DNA of 64,000 nucleotides from an uncultured Candidatus Rokubacteria bacterium (GCA_963762145.1 CAVXJS010000021.1:800001-864000); one strand, 5' to 3'; positions 40,425 through 50,114 are shown, numbered from the stretch's first letter. A program made the numbers and translations. The notes: generated by a model from the sequence alone, not told the origin.

Positions 40425-40751
40425 CTACATCCAGTAGTACGGGAACCGGTAGTAGTCGTGCAGTCGGGTCTCGTAGTCGCGCGTGAAGTCGACGTCCGGC
40501 TTGTACTCGGGCGCCTCCTGGATGCGCTTCTTCTCGATGTTCATCACCAGTGTCTCCCGCTCGGGGGCCACACTGCTGATCCAGGCGGTCGAGAGGACCA
40601 CCTTCTTGCCGGGGAGCCAGTTGCCGGTGTCGATGACGAGGTAGCGCAGCTTCATCTCCTGGTCGTCGATGATGAGATCGCTGACGCTGCCGATCTCCCC
40701 GTCGGTGGCGAGAATCCGATAATTGAGCACGTTCTTGATGGGTCGCAGCAT
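40425..40751 (-). CDS. PRC-barrel domain protein
   Basis: ATDGEIGSVSDLIIDD...RYLVIDTGNWLPGKKV...APEY...YETRLHDYY. Confidence 0.9.
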   Translation of the reverse strand: MLRPIKNVLNYRILATDGEIGSVSDLIIDDQEMKLRYLVIDTGNWLPGKKVVLSTAWISSVAPERETLVMNIEKKRIQEAPEYKPDVDFTRDYETRLHDYYRFPYYWM

Positions 40752-40793
40752 GGGGAGCTCCTTTCCGCAGAATGTGAATTCGACCGAAAACGG

Positions 40794-40809
40794 AGCAACA
40801 TCCATGCCG
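40794..40809 (-). promoter_or_regulatory. Putative sigma-54 promoter (PRC-barrel gene)
   Basis: CGGCAT-GGATG-TTGCT, GG-N10-GC. Confidence 0.6.
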
Positions 40810-40879
40810 CGATCGAAGCGGGCTCTGGCCGGCGTTTCCCCTGGGTGGGACGGCACTCGGGACGCGCGGCCGGAATCAA

Positions 40880-41374
40880 CTACTCGGTAGTATCGATGAC
40901 CTGGCGCACGTGGGAGGCGTCGCTCGTCTCGGCAAAGCGGCCGTCGCGGTACGCGCCACACACACCCCGCCAGAAACTGATCGCGGGCGCGTTGCGCGGG
41001 AGCTCGAAGATCTCCCACTGGCCCCTGAACCGGTCGAACAGCGTGAACACCGCCCGCCGGCCGATCCCCCGCCCGCGCTCGGACCGCAGCACGAAGAACT
41101 CGGACATCCGGAAGTCCATCCCCGGCCGCAGGTGGGGAGAGGGGGCGTGGTTGACGAGCGCGAAGCCGACCCGCCGGCCGTCCTCGACGATGATCAGCGG
41201 GTGGTCGGTGTCCTCCTGAAGCCAGCCCGGGAGGTGGTCCGGGCTCCAGAGACCGCGCTCGTCCAGCGTGTAGTAGGAGTCGTCGAACGCCGAGAGGTCG
41301 TGGAGATAGAACGGGTAGACGTTGATCAACCACTCCCGGTCGAGCAGCGAGCGACGCGCATCGCGTAGCTCCAC
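40880..41374 (-). CDS. GNAT-family N-acetyltransferase (start uncertain)
   Basis: MSEFFVLRSERGRGIG, NAPAISFW. Confidence 0.85.
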   Translation of the reverse strand: MELRDARRSLLDREWLINVYPFYLHDLSAFDDSYYTLDERGLWSPDHLPGWLQEDTDHPLIIVEDGRRVGFALVNHAPSPHLRPGMDFRMSEFFVLRSERGRGIGRRAVFTLFDRFRGQWEIFELPRNAPAISFWRGVCGAYRDGRFAETSDASHVRQVIDTTE

Positions 41375-41397
41375 CCGCGTGACTGGCGGAAGGGCGG

Positions 41398-42594
41398 CTA
41401 GGACGACTTCGAGTCGTCCACGTCCCGGGCGCCCACCGTGCGGTTGCGGAACTCGCTCGGGACGGCCCGGCCCGCGTCCGTGAACGCGCGGCGGACCGCC
41501 TCCACGTTGGGGCTGAAGATGGTCTTCCGGTTGCTGCGCGCCCACTCGTTGGAGTCGCGGATGGGGCCGAGCGACCCCTGGAAGCGCGGCATCACGTAGC
41601 GGGCGAACAGCTCGTAGCTCTTGAGGGTCTGCTCGCGGTTGGCCCACTCGTGGGCGCGGAAGAGGACGCCACCGAAGCCGCCCGCGCTCAGCTCCTCCAG
41701 CCGCTCGATGCCGCGAATCACGGTGTCGGGCGCGCCGACCAGCGTGGTGCCCATCTTCACGCCCTCGCGCAGCGGATCGTCGGCGCGGCCCGGCGGGCGG
41801 CCGAGGGTGTCCTCGAAGTAGGTGATGGTCTCGTGGCGCTCGCCCCGCGACACCTCCCGGAGCGCCTGCTCGTCGTCATCGGAGACGTGCACGTTGACCA
41901 CGAGCCGCCACTTCTTCCGGTCCATGGTCTTGCCGTGCTTGGCCGCGGTCTCCTCGGCGATCTTCCACTGATTGGAGAGCGCCTCGGGCCCGCCGGGCAG
42001 CCCGGCTCCGAGCGAGAGCACGCCGATGCCGTGCTTGCCCGCGGTCATGACCCCCGCCGGCGTGATGGTGCTGGCCACCGCGATCGGGAAGTGCGGATCG
42101 GTGTAGGGCGCGAGGTGCAGCCGGGCCTCGCGCAGCTCGAACCAGTCGGTCTTCATCGTGACCGGCTCCTCGCACCGGAGGAGCTGCATGATCGCGTCGA
42201 GAGACTCGTCCATCCGCGCGCGCTGGGTCACCGGCTCGATGCCCATCATGTACGCGTCGGAGACGAGCGCCCCGGGCCCGATGCCGAGCATGGCGCGGCC
42301 GCGGGTCATGTGGTCGAGCTGCACGAAGCGCTGGGCCACCATGAGCGGGTGATGGTAGGGGAGGCTCGTGACCCCGGAGCCCAGCATGATGTGACGCGTG
42401 CGCTCGGCCGCGGCGGCGATGAACACCTCGGGGGAGGCGATCAGCTCCCAGCCCGCCGAGTGGTGCTCGCCGATCCACACCTCGTCGTAGCCGAGGTGGT
42501 CCATCCACTCGATCAGCTCCATGTCGCGGTTCATCGCGAGCGTGGGGTTCTCGCCGACCCGGTGGAAGGGCGCGAGGAAGATGCCGAACTTCAT
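41398..42594 (-). CDS. LLM-class flavin-dependent monooxygenase (limonene 1,2-monooxygenase-like)
   Basis: MKFGIFLAPFH, WIGEHHSAGWE, SLPYHHP, LDHMTRGR. Confidence 0.9.
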   Translation of the reverse strand: MKFGIFLAPFHRVGENPTLAMNRDMELIEWMDHLGYDEVWIGEHHSAGWELIASPEVFIAAAAERTRHIMLGSGVTSLPYHHPLMVAQRFVQLDHMTRGRAMLGIGPGALVSDAYMMGIEPVTQRARMDESLDAIMQLLRCEEPVTMKTDWFELREARLHLAPYTDPHFPIAVASTITPAGVMTAGKHGIGVLSLGAGLPGGPEALSNQWKIAEETAAKHGKTMDRKKWRLVVNVHVSDDDEQALREVSRGERHETITYFEDTLGRPPGRADDPLREGVKMGTTLVGAPDTVIRGIERLEELSAGGFGGVLFRAHEWANREQTLKSYELFARYVMPRFQGSLGPIRDSNEWARSNRKTIFSPNVEAVRRAFTDAGRAVPSEFRNRTVGARDVDDSKSS

Positions 42595-42699
42595 GCCTTT
42601 GTGAGCCAATGCCGCCTCCGTGGCCAGGGAATCCGCGTCGAGATACGGCTGAATGTAGCATGCCTTGAGTCGGCGGCCCACCGGTGCTAGAAGAGGCCC

Positions 42700-43890
42700 A
42701 TGGATTTCACCTACACGCCCGAGCAGGAGAGCTTCCGCGCCGAGATCCGCGACTGGCTCCGCGCCAACCTCACCGACGATCTGCGCATCGAGGATCCGAC
42801 CGACGAGCGGGTCGCGCCCGATCGCGCGACGTTCGAGCGCCGGCGCGACTGGCAGCGCCGCATGTACGCGGCGGGCTGGGTCGGGATCTCGTGGCCCAAG
42901 GACTACGGCGGGCGCGGCGCCACCCTGATGGAGCAGGTCATCTACGACGAGGAGTGCTTCCGGGCGCGTGCCCCCGTGCTCCCCGGCTACTCCGGCATCG
43001 GGATGGCGGGCCCGACCATCATCGAGTGGGGCACCGAGGCCCAGAAGCAGCGCTACCTGCCCCGCATCCTCGGCGCCGACGACATCTGGTGCCAGGGCTA
43101 CTCGGAGCCGGGGGCGGGCTCGGACCTGGCCGGCCTCAGCACCCGCGCCGACGACCGGGGTGACCACTTCGTGGTCAACGGCCAGAAGGTGTGGACCTCG
43201 GGCGCGCAGTACGCGGACTGGATCTATCTCCTCGTGCGCACCGATCCCGCCGCGCCCAAGCACCGCGGCATCAGCTATCTCCTGGTCGACATGAAGACGC
43301 CCGGCATCGCGGTGCGGCCGCTCGTGCTGCTCAACGGGCACCGGCACTTCAACGAAGTGTTCTTCGTCGACGTGGCGGTACCGAAGGCCAACCTCATCGG
43401 CCGGCAGAACGAGGGGTGGAAGCCCGCGATGACCACGCTCATGTACGAGCGCAAGGGCGGCGGCGGGCGCGGCCACGAGGAGCAGCTGGCGCGGCTGCGC
43501 GCGCTGGCCATGACGGTGCCGCTCGACGGCCGGCCCGCGTGGGAGCACCCGGTGATCCGCCAGCGCTTCGCCCAGCTCGTCATCGACGCGCAGTGCCAGC
43601 GCTACACGCGCATGCGCAACCTCACCCGGCAGCTCCGCGGCGAGCCGCCCGGGCCGGAGGGGTCGATCCTCAAGCTCTTTGGCTCCGAGCTGGGCGTGCG
43701 CATCGCCGACTTCGCGGGGGAGCTGCTCGGCCCGCACGCGCTCGTGAACCGCGCGAGCCCCCAGGTGCCCGATGGCCCCCGCTGGTACAACCGCGTGCTG
43801 AGCGCGCGGCAGTACACGATCGCGGGCGGCACCAGCGAGATTCAGCGCAACATCATCGGCGAGCGGGTACTCGGGCTCCCCAAAGACTAG
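42700..43890 (+). CDS. Acyl-CoA dehydrogenase family protein
   Basis: WCQGYSEPGAGSDLA, NGQKVWTS, FNEVFF, TIAGGTSEIQRNIIGER. Confidence 0.93.
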   Translation: MDFTYTPEQESFRAEIRDWLRANLTDDLRIEDPTDERVAPDRATFERRRDWQRRMYAAGWVGISWPKDYGGRGATLMEQVIYDEECFRARAPVLPGYSGIGMAGPTIIEWGTEAQKQRYLPRILGADDIWCQGYSEPGAGSDLAGLSTRADDRGDHFVVNGQKVWTSGAQYADWIYLLVRTDPAAPKHRGISYLLVDMKTPGIAVRPLVLLNGHRHFNEVFFVDVAVPKANLIGRQNEGWKPAMTTLMYERKGGGGRGHEEQLARLRALAMTVPLDGRPAWEHPVIRQRFAQLVIDAQCQRYTRMRNLTRQLRGEPPGPEGSILKLFGSELGVRIADFAGELLGPHALVNRASPQVPDGPRWYNRVLSARQYTIAGGTSEIQRNIIGERVLGLPKD

Positions 43891-43902
43891 GCGCCGTTGA
43901 AG

Positions 43903-43998
43903 GGCGAGGTGCAGCCGAAGGCGAGCCGGTGGCACGGCGAGGTGCAGCCGAAGGCGAGCGGTGGCACGCGAGGTGCAGCGAGGCAGCCGAGCGAATCC
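43903..43998. repeat. Degenerate 33-bp tandem repeat, about 2.5 copies
   Basis: GGCGAGGTGCAGCCGAAGGCGAGCCGGTGGCAC at 43903 and 43936; partial copy from 43968. Confidence 0.85.
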
Positions 43999-44015
43999 AA
44001 AAAGGGGGTCACCGT

Positions 44016-44402
44016 TTGAGCGACACGAACCGAGAGCAGCAGGCGGAAGCGCTCATCGCGAAGATGAAGGCCGCGCGGGGCTACATGTACCCGGAGTGGG
44101 AATTCGCGGCGCGGCAGGACCCCGAGTTCGTCGAGGCCTACAACCGTCTCTACGAGCTCTCTCTGGGCGAGGGCCGGCACGTCTCGGCCAAGGTGCGCGA
44201 GTTCGTGGCCATCGCGCTCCTCTGCTTCCGCGGGGGCGAGCGGGCCGGTCTGGTGGCGCACATGCGCCGCGCGATCCAGTTCGGGGCGACCCCCGCCGAG
44301 CTCTTCGAGGTGCTCGAGGCCTGCGTGGTGCCGGGGGGCGCCCCCACCTTCCACCGGGGTCTGGGCGCGCTCATGGAGGTCGTGGGCCCCGCACCGCGCT
44401 AG
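44016..44402 (+). CDS. CMD/AhpD-like family protein (TTG start)
   Basis: DPEFVEAY...SAKVREFVAIALL...HMRRAIQFGATPAELFEVL...PGGAP. Confidence 0.8.
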   Translation: MSDTNREQQAEALIAKMKAARGYMYPEWEFAARQDPEFVEAYNRLYELSLGEGRHVSAKVREFVAIALLCFRGGERAGLVAHMRRAIQFGATPAELFEVLEACVVPGGAPTFHRGLGALMEVVGPAPR

Positions 44403-44408
44403 GCCGTC

Positions 44409-44481
44409 TTGACAGGTCCCCGCCGCGGGGCCTAGAGTGCCGGACACGCTTGCCAGCTGGTCGCTTCGCGGAGGCACGGAT
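44409..44481 (+). promoter_or_regulatory. Sigma-70 promoter plus conserved leader motif, copy 1
   Basis: TTGACA-18-TAGAGT, then GCCGGACACGCTTG...GCTGGT...GGAGGCACGGAT. Confidence 0.7.
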
Positions 44482-44601
44482 GGAGTCAGTGCCTGATCAC
44501 GAACGCTCCTCTCGGTGCGCCGCTCGCGCAAACCCTGTCGTCCTGCTTTCCCGAGCAGTGAACCGCCCCCCATCTGTCCGCCTCGACGCGGAGGAGGTCC
44601 C

Positions 44602-45879
44602 ATGAGCACTCGACGCGAATTCCTGACCACGGCCATCGCCGGGGGCGCCGCCGCGGCGGCCCTCGGGCCCCGACGCGCCGGCGCCGCCCCCAAGTCGATG
44701 GGGGTCGTCCACGAGAGCTCGTTCATCAAGGGTTTCGACGATTTCTTCGTGAAGACCCTCTCCCCCGAGTACGAGAAGCTCACCGGCATCAAGGTCGCGT
44801 ACGAGCCGGTGAGCGTCGGCAGCATGCTCACCCGGCTCACCACGATCATCGAGACCAAGTCCGGCCCCGAGATCGTCGCCACCGGCGTCAACTGGCCCCA
44901 TCTCTTCGACCCGGGCCTGCTCGACGTCACCGACGTGGCCAACGAGATCGGCAAGAAGATCGGCCCCTGGCACGACAACATCCTCGACTCGGTGGTGGTG
45001 AACAAGAAGTGGAAGGCGCTGCCCTGGGGCAACATCGGCCAGCTCGAGGTCTACCGCACGGACTGGTTCAAGGAAGTGGGCGTGACCAAGTTCCCGGACA
45101 CCTGGGAAGATCTCCTCACCGTGGGCCGCATGCTCAAGAAGAAGGGGCACCCCTTCGGCTTCGAGCTGGGCCACGGGTTCGGCGACAACCACGGCTGGAT
45201 GTACCCGCTGCTGTGGTCCTACGGCGGCCGCGAAGTGGACAAGGACGGCAAGACGGTGCTGATCGACTCCAGCGAGACCGCCCAGGCGGTGGATTTCTGC
45301 CGCCGGTTCTACAAGGAGACGATGCTCGAGGACGTGCTGGGCTGGACCGACGTCAACAACAACAAGGCGTTCTTCGGCGAGCAGATCTCCTGCACCAACA
45401 ACGCGATGTCGATCCTGATCGTGGCCAAGCGTGATTTCCCGGACATCGCGAAGGTCACCGACCACGGCCTCAATCCCCAGGGGCCGAAGGGCCGCTACCA
45501 CCTCTACAATCCGCAGTCCCACGCGATCGCCTCGCACGCGCCCGACCCGGCGGCGGCCAAGGCCTTCCTGCGCTGGCTCTACGACGACAAGCAGCTCTCC
45601 CGCTGGCTCGTCTCGGGCGACGCCTACTACGCGCCGTTCCTGAACGGCTACGACAATCACCCGATGTGGAACGTGGATCCGCGCTACATGCCCTTCAAGG
45701 AGTCGTTGAAGACGTCGCGCCTGCACGGGTGGCCCGGCCCTCCCGGCCACGCGATGTCGGAGAGCGTGGCGAAGTACGTGCTCTGCGACATGTTCGCCAA
45801 GGCCTGCCGGGGCGATTCGACGAAGGACGTCATCGCCACCGCGGCCGCACAGCTCAAGCAGATCTACAAGGCGAAGTAG
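44602..45879 (+). CDS. Carbohydrate-type (CUT1) ABC substrate-binding protein, Tat signal
   Basis: STRREFL, YRTDWF, FPDTWED, GHGFGD. Confidence 0.9.
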   Translation: MSTRREFLTTAIAGGAAAAALGPRRAGAAPKSMGVVHESSFIKGFDDFFVKTLSPEYEKLTGIKVAYEPVSVGSMLTRLTTIIETKSGPEIVATGVNWPHLFDPGLLDVTDVANEIGKKIGPWHDNILDSVVVNKKWKALPWGNIGQLEVYRTDWFKEVGVTKFPDTWEDLLTVGRMLKKKGHPFGFELGHGFGDNHGWMYPLLWSYGGREVDKDGKTVLIDSSETAQAVDFCRRFYKETMLEDVLGWTDVNNNKAFFGEQISCTNNAMSILIVAKRDFPDIAKVTDHGLNPQGPKGRYHLYNPQSHAIASHAPDPAAAKAFLRWLYDDKQLSRWLVSGDAYYAPFLNGYDNHPMWNVDPRYMPFKESLKTSRLHGWPGPPGHAMSESVAKYVLCDMFAKACRGDSTKDVIATAAAQLKQIYKAK

Positions 45880-45882
45880 GCG

Positions 45883-46818
45883 ATGGCGGTCCGGCCCGAC
45901 CTGGTGGCCCGATCGGCCCAGGTCGCGGCCCGGCCGCGCCTGTTTCACGGCGTGCTCGAGCGGGAAGCGGCGTTCAGCTGGATCATGCTGGCGCCGGGCG
46001 TCCTCTTCCTGCTCGCGTTCGTCGCCTACCCGCTCTTCTACGGCGTCTGGCTGAGCCTGCACGATCGGCCGGTCGCCAAGCCCGGCGTCTTCACCGGGCT
46101 CGGCAACTTCGTCACGCTCGCCCACGACGCGGTGTTCTGGCAGGTGACCCGCAACACCTTCGTGTACACCATCGTCACCACCGTGCTGAAGCTGCTGGGC
46201 GGGCTCGCGATGGCCCTCGTGATCAATCAGCACTTCCGCGGGCGGAGTCTCGTCCGCGCCTTCCTGCTCCTGCCCTTCATCGTGCCGACCATCCTCAGCA
46301 CGGTGGCCTGGATGTGGATCTTCGATCCCACCTTCAGCGTCATCAACTGGACGCTCGTCAAGACCGGCGTCGTCAGCAGCGGATTCTCGTGGCTGGGCAA
46401 CAAGGATCTCGCGATGGTGGCGATCATCATCGTCAATACCTGGCGCGGCATTCCCTTCTACGGCATCACCCTACTCGCGGGCCTCCAGACCATCTCGCCC
46501 GAGCTCTACGAGGCCGCCGCCATCGACGGGGCGTCGGTTCGACAGCGGTTTCTTCACGTGACGCTGCCGATCATCATGCCGATCCTGATCATCGTGACCA
46601 TGTTCTCGGTGATCTTCACCTTCTCCGACTTCCAGATCGTCTACGCCCTCACCCACGGCGGCCCCGCCAATGCCACCCAGGTGTTCGTCACCTACGCCTT
46701 CGACGTCGCGATGTCGGGAGGACAGCTCGGCATGGGCGCGGCGGCGGCCCTCGCCATGCTCCCGGCCCTCGCGGTCATGATCGTGGCCCTCACGCTCTAT
46801 CTGAGGCGTCAGTCGTGA
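45883..46818 (+). CDS. Carbohydrate ABC permease (MalF-type)
   Basis: LAGLQTISPELYEAAAIDGA, GGPANAT. Confidence 0.92.
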   Translation: MAVRPDLVARSAQVAARPRLFHGVLEREAAFSWIMLAPGVLFLLAFVAYPLFYGVWLSLHDRPVAKPGVFTGLGNFVTLAHDAVFWQVTRNTFVYTIVTTVLKLLGGLAMALVINQHFRGRSLVRAFLLLPFIVPTILSTVAWMWIFDPTFSVINWTLVKTGVVSSGFSWLGNKDLAMVAIIIVNTWRGIPFYGITLLAGLQTISPELYEAAAIDGASVRQRFLHVTLPIIMPILIIVTMFSVIFTFSDFQIVYALTHGGPANATQVFVTYAFDVAMSGGQLGMGAAAALAMLPALAVMIVALTLYLRRQS

Positions 46819-47660
46819 TCGACGGGCGCGGCTGGGGCTCGCGGATCCTCCGGATCTACCTGCCGGTGCTCGTCTGCCTGGTGGTGATGCTGTTCCCGTT
46901 CTACTGGATGCTCATCGCGTCCATCAAGCCGAACCGGGAGCTCTACAACGCCAAGATCATGCCGCTGGTCGTCTACCAGCCCACGCTCAAGCACTACTAC
47001 GACCTGCTCGCCGACACGAACTTCCTGCTGTGGACCTACAACACCATGCTGGTCGCGGTGATCACCACCGCGGTCTCCCTGGTCCTCGGGGCGATGATCG
47101 CCTACCCGCTCGCCCGCATGAACTTCCCCGGCGCCGCGATCGTGGCGATCGGGGTCGCCGCCACCTACCTGGTCCCTCAGCCGCTCCTCTTCATCCCGAT
47201 GGCCGACATCATCAACCGGCTCGACCTGGGGAACACCTTGAGCGCGGTGATGCTGACATACCCCACCCTGCTCATCCCGTTCTGCTCGTGGCTGCTCATG
47301 GGCTACTTCAAGAGCGTGCCGCGGGAGCTGGAGGAGGCGGCCCGGATCGACGGGGCGAGCCGCTTCCAGGCGATGTGGCGCGTGGTGCTGCCGCTGACCA
47401 CCCCCGGCCTGCTCTCCGCCGGCATCTTCGCCTTCACGCTGGCCCAGAACGAGTTCCTCTACGCGCTGATCTTCCTCGCCAAGAGCGAGGTGCGCACCGT
47501 GCCGGTCGGCGTGATCACCGAGTTGATCCGCGGGGACGTCTTCTACTGGGGCCAGCTCATGGCGGCGGCGCTCCTCGGCTCCATCCCCGTTGCGGTCATC
47601 TACTCCTTCTTCGTGGACTACTACGTGGCGGGGCTCACCGCGGGGTCCGTCAAGAGCTAG
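46815..47660 (+). CDS. Carbohydrate ABC permease (MalG-type)
   Basis: VPRELEEAARIDGA, WGQLMAA, GLTAGSVK; GTGA overlap. Confidence 0.92.
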   Translation: MIDGRGWGSRILRIYLPVLVCLVVMLFPFYWMLIASIKPNRELYNAKIMPLVVYQPTLKHYYDLLADTNFLLWTYNTMLVAVITTAVSLVLGAMIAYPLARMNFPGAAIVAIGVAATYLVPQPLLFIPMADIINRLDLGNTLSAVMLTYPTLLIPFCSWLLMGYFKSVPRELEEAARIDGASRFQAMWRVVLPLTTPGLLSAGIFAFTLAQNEFLYALIFLAKSEVRTVPVGVITELIRGDVFYWGQLMAAALLGSIPVAVIYSFFVDYYVAGLTAGSVKS

Positions 47661-47703
47661 CGTCGTCCCTCCCGCCGACCCCCCGCCCCACGGGGGCCGC
47701 GCC

Positions 47704-47780
47704 TTGACAGGGGCCGGGCGCCCAGCCTAAAGTGCCGCACACGCCTGAATAGGCTGGTGTTCTTGGAGGCCGGATCTGGC
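47704..47780 (+). promoter_or_regulatory. Sigma-70 promoter plus conserved leader motif, copy 2
   Basis: TTGACA-18-TAAAGT, then GCCGCACACGCCTG...GCTGGT...GGAGGCCGGAT. Confidence 0.7.
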
Positions 47781-47856
47781 AGAACCCCTCTCCCGGGGGC
47801 AGGATGTTCGGCGCACGACCCAATGGCAATACCACGCCACATACAAGGGGAAATGC

Positions 47857-49155
47857 ATGGCACAGCCCAAACAGTCGAAGGCCACCCGTCGTAGCTTTCT
47901 GAAGCTCGCCGCCGCCGGGGCCGCCGGGGTCGCCGCGGGTCCCTGGATCTCCCGCAATGCCCAGGCCAAGCCGGTATCGATCACGTTCGCTCGCGAAAGC
48001 TCCTACGTGAAGAACTTCGACGTGCACTTCCAGAACGTGATGGCGCCGGCCTACGAGAAGGCCACCGGCATCAAGATCGAGTACCAGATCCAGGCCGCGG
48101 GCGGCAGCGCGGTGCCCCAGCTCGTCTCCATGGTCGAGAACAAGGCCGGCGCCGACCTGGCCTGGGTGCAGCAGGAGTGGCTCTATCGCGACGCCCTGGT
48201 GGACGTGTCCGACATCGCCGAGGAGGTGGGCAAGCAGCAGGGCGGCTGGTACGACGAGATCAAGCTCCTGTCCGTCGAGAAGGGCAAGTGGAAGTCCATC
48301 CCCAACGGGAACATCGGCCAGCTGATGAACTACCGGAAGGACTGGTTCGACGAGGCCGGCGTCAAGAGCTTCCCCGAGACGTGGGACGAGTTCCTGGAGG
48401 CCGGCATCAAGCTGAAGGCCAAGGGCCATCCCTTCGGCATGTCCATGGGACACGGCTTCGCCGACAACTACTCCTGGCTCTACCCCCTGCTGTGGTCCTA
48501 CGGGGTGACGGTCATGGACAAGGACGGCAAGAAGGTGGCGCTCGACACCAACGAGACCGCGCGGGCCGTCGAGTACGTACAGAAGCTGTACAAGCAGGCC
48601 TGCATCGAGGACTGCATCGGGTGGCTGGATCCGGCCAACAACAAGGCCTTCCTGACCAGCCAGATCTCGTGCACCAACAACGCCTACAGCATCATGGTCT
48701 CGGCCAAGCGCGACCTGCCCGAGATGGGCAAGGTGATCGAGCATGGGCTGAATCCCAAGGGCCCCACCGGCAAGCGCTACCACGCGCTCGTACCGGTGAC
48801 GCACGGCGTGTTCGCCCACAGCAAGGACCCGCAGGCGGCCAAGGATTTCCTACGCTGGATGATGGACCCGAAGCAGTACCGGCCGTGGATCGCCTCGGGC
48901 GACATGTACTTCGCCCCCTACCTGCACGCGTTCGACAAGGTGCCCGAGTGGGACGTCGAGCCGCGGGTGAAGCCGTTCCAGAAGGTGCTCGAGACCGGCA
49001 AGCTCACGTCGTGGCCGGCGCCCGCCAACCGCCAGCACGGCGAAGTGGTCAATCGCTGGATCGTGATCGACATGTTCACCAAGGCCTGCACGGGCACGCC
49101 GGTCAAGTCGGCCATCGCGGAGGCCGTGAAGCAGCTCAAGACCATCTACGGGTAG
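47857..49155 (+). CDS. CUT1 ABC substrate-binding protein, Tat signal (paralog of 44602-45879)
   Basis: TRRSFLK, GNIGQL..YRKDWF, GHGFAD, QISCTNNA shared with the paralog. Confidence 0.9.
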   Translation: MAQPKQSKATRRSFLKLAAAGAAGVAAGPWISRNAQAKPVSITFARESSYVKNFDVHFQNVMAPAYEKATGIKIEYQIQAAGGSAVPQLVSMVENKAGADLAWVQQEWLYRDALVDVSDIAEEVGKQQGGWYDEIKLLSVEKGKWKSIPNGNIGQLMNYRKDWFDEAGVKSFPETWDEFLEAGIKLKAKGHPFGMSMGHGFADNYSWLYPLLWSYGVTVMDKDGKKVALDTNETARAVEYVQKLYKQACIEDCIGWLDPANNKAFLTSQISCTNNAYSIMVSAKRDLPEMGKVIEHGLNPKGPTGKRYHALVPVTHGVFAHSKDPQAAKDFLRWMMDPKQYRPWIASGDMYFAPYLHAFDKVPEWDVEPRVKPFQKVLETGKLTSWPAPANRQHGEVVNRWIVIDMFTKACTGTPVKSAIAEAVKQLKTIYG

Positions 49156-49157
49156 GG

Positions 49158-50096
49158 ATGAGCAAGATGCTCGAGGCCTCTCGGGCGGGCGCCCTCGCGG
49201 CGCCCGCCCGGCGGCCGTTCCGGCTCCGCGCGTTCCTGGAGCGGGAGTCCGTGTTCTCCTGGCTCATGGTCACGCCGCCGGTGCTGTTCCTGCTGTTGTT
49301 CCTGGGCTATCCGTTCTTCTACGGCGTCTATCTCAGCTTCTTCCAGCGAGAAGTCGCCCGCCCTCCCTCCTTCGTGGGCCTGGGAAACTTCGTCACCCTC
49401 TCGAACGACCCGATCTTCTGGCAGGCGGTCAGGAACACCCTCCTGTTCACCGCGGTGGCGACCGTGCTCAAGGCGGGCGGCGGGCTGGCCATGGCCCTGG
49501 TGATGAACCAGAACTTCCGGATGAAGGCCGTCACCCGGGCCATGCTCCTGCTCCCGTTCATCGTGCCCACCGTGCTCAGCACGGTGGCGTGGCAGTGGAT
49601 CCTGGACCCCGGCATGGGCCTGTTCAACCGTCTGCTGGTGGTGAGCGGCCTGGCGACGACGGGCCCGTCCTGGCTCGGCACCCCGACCATGGCCATGATC
49701 TCCATCATCATGGTCAACACGTGGCGCGGGCTGCCGTTCTTCGGCATCTCGATCCTCGCGGGCCTGCAGACCATTCCGGTCGACCTGCACGAGTCGGCGA
49801 CCATCGACGGCGCCGGCACCTGGGGCCGCTTCCGGTACGTGACGCTGCCCGCGCTCCTCCCGGTCATCTTCATCGTGACCACGTTCTCGATCGTCATCAC
49901 CTTCTTCGACTTCCAGCTCGTCTACGTGCTCACCGGCGGCGGCCCCGCCAACTCCACGCACCTCATGGCGACCTACGCCTACAGCCTGAGCATGGGGGCG
50001 GGCCAGATGGGGCTCGGCTCCGCGGTCGCGCTCAGCATGGTCCCGGTCCTGGGCCTCCTGCTGGTGCTGCTCACCCTCTACGTGCGCAAGGACTGA
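49158..50096 (+). CDS. Carbohydrate ABC permease (MalF-type)
   Basis: LAGLQTIPVDLHESATIDGA, GGPANST. Confidence 0.92.
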   Translation: MSKMLEASRAGALAAPARRPFRLRAFLERESVFSWLMVTPPVLFLLLFLGYPFFYGVYLSFFQREVARPPSFVGLGNFVTLSNDPIFWQAVRNTLLFTAVATVLKAGGGLAMALVMNQNFRMKAVTRAMLLLPFIVPTVLSTVAWQWILDPGMGLFNRLLVVSGLATTGPSWLGTPTMAMISIIMVNTWRGLPFFGISILAGLQTIPVDLHESATIDGAGTWGRFRYVTLPALLPVIFIVTTFSIVITFFDFQLVYVLTGGGPANSTHLMATYAYSLSMGAGQMGLGSAVALSMVPVLGLLLVLLTLYVRKD

Positions 50097-50114
50097 GCGC
50101 CAAGGAATGAGTGA

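Noticed and set aside
41398-43935. 845-aa fusion ORF
   Set aside because: The N-terminal half is antisense to the acyl-CoA dehydrogenase; the LLM protein starts at 42594.
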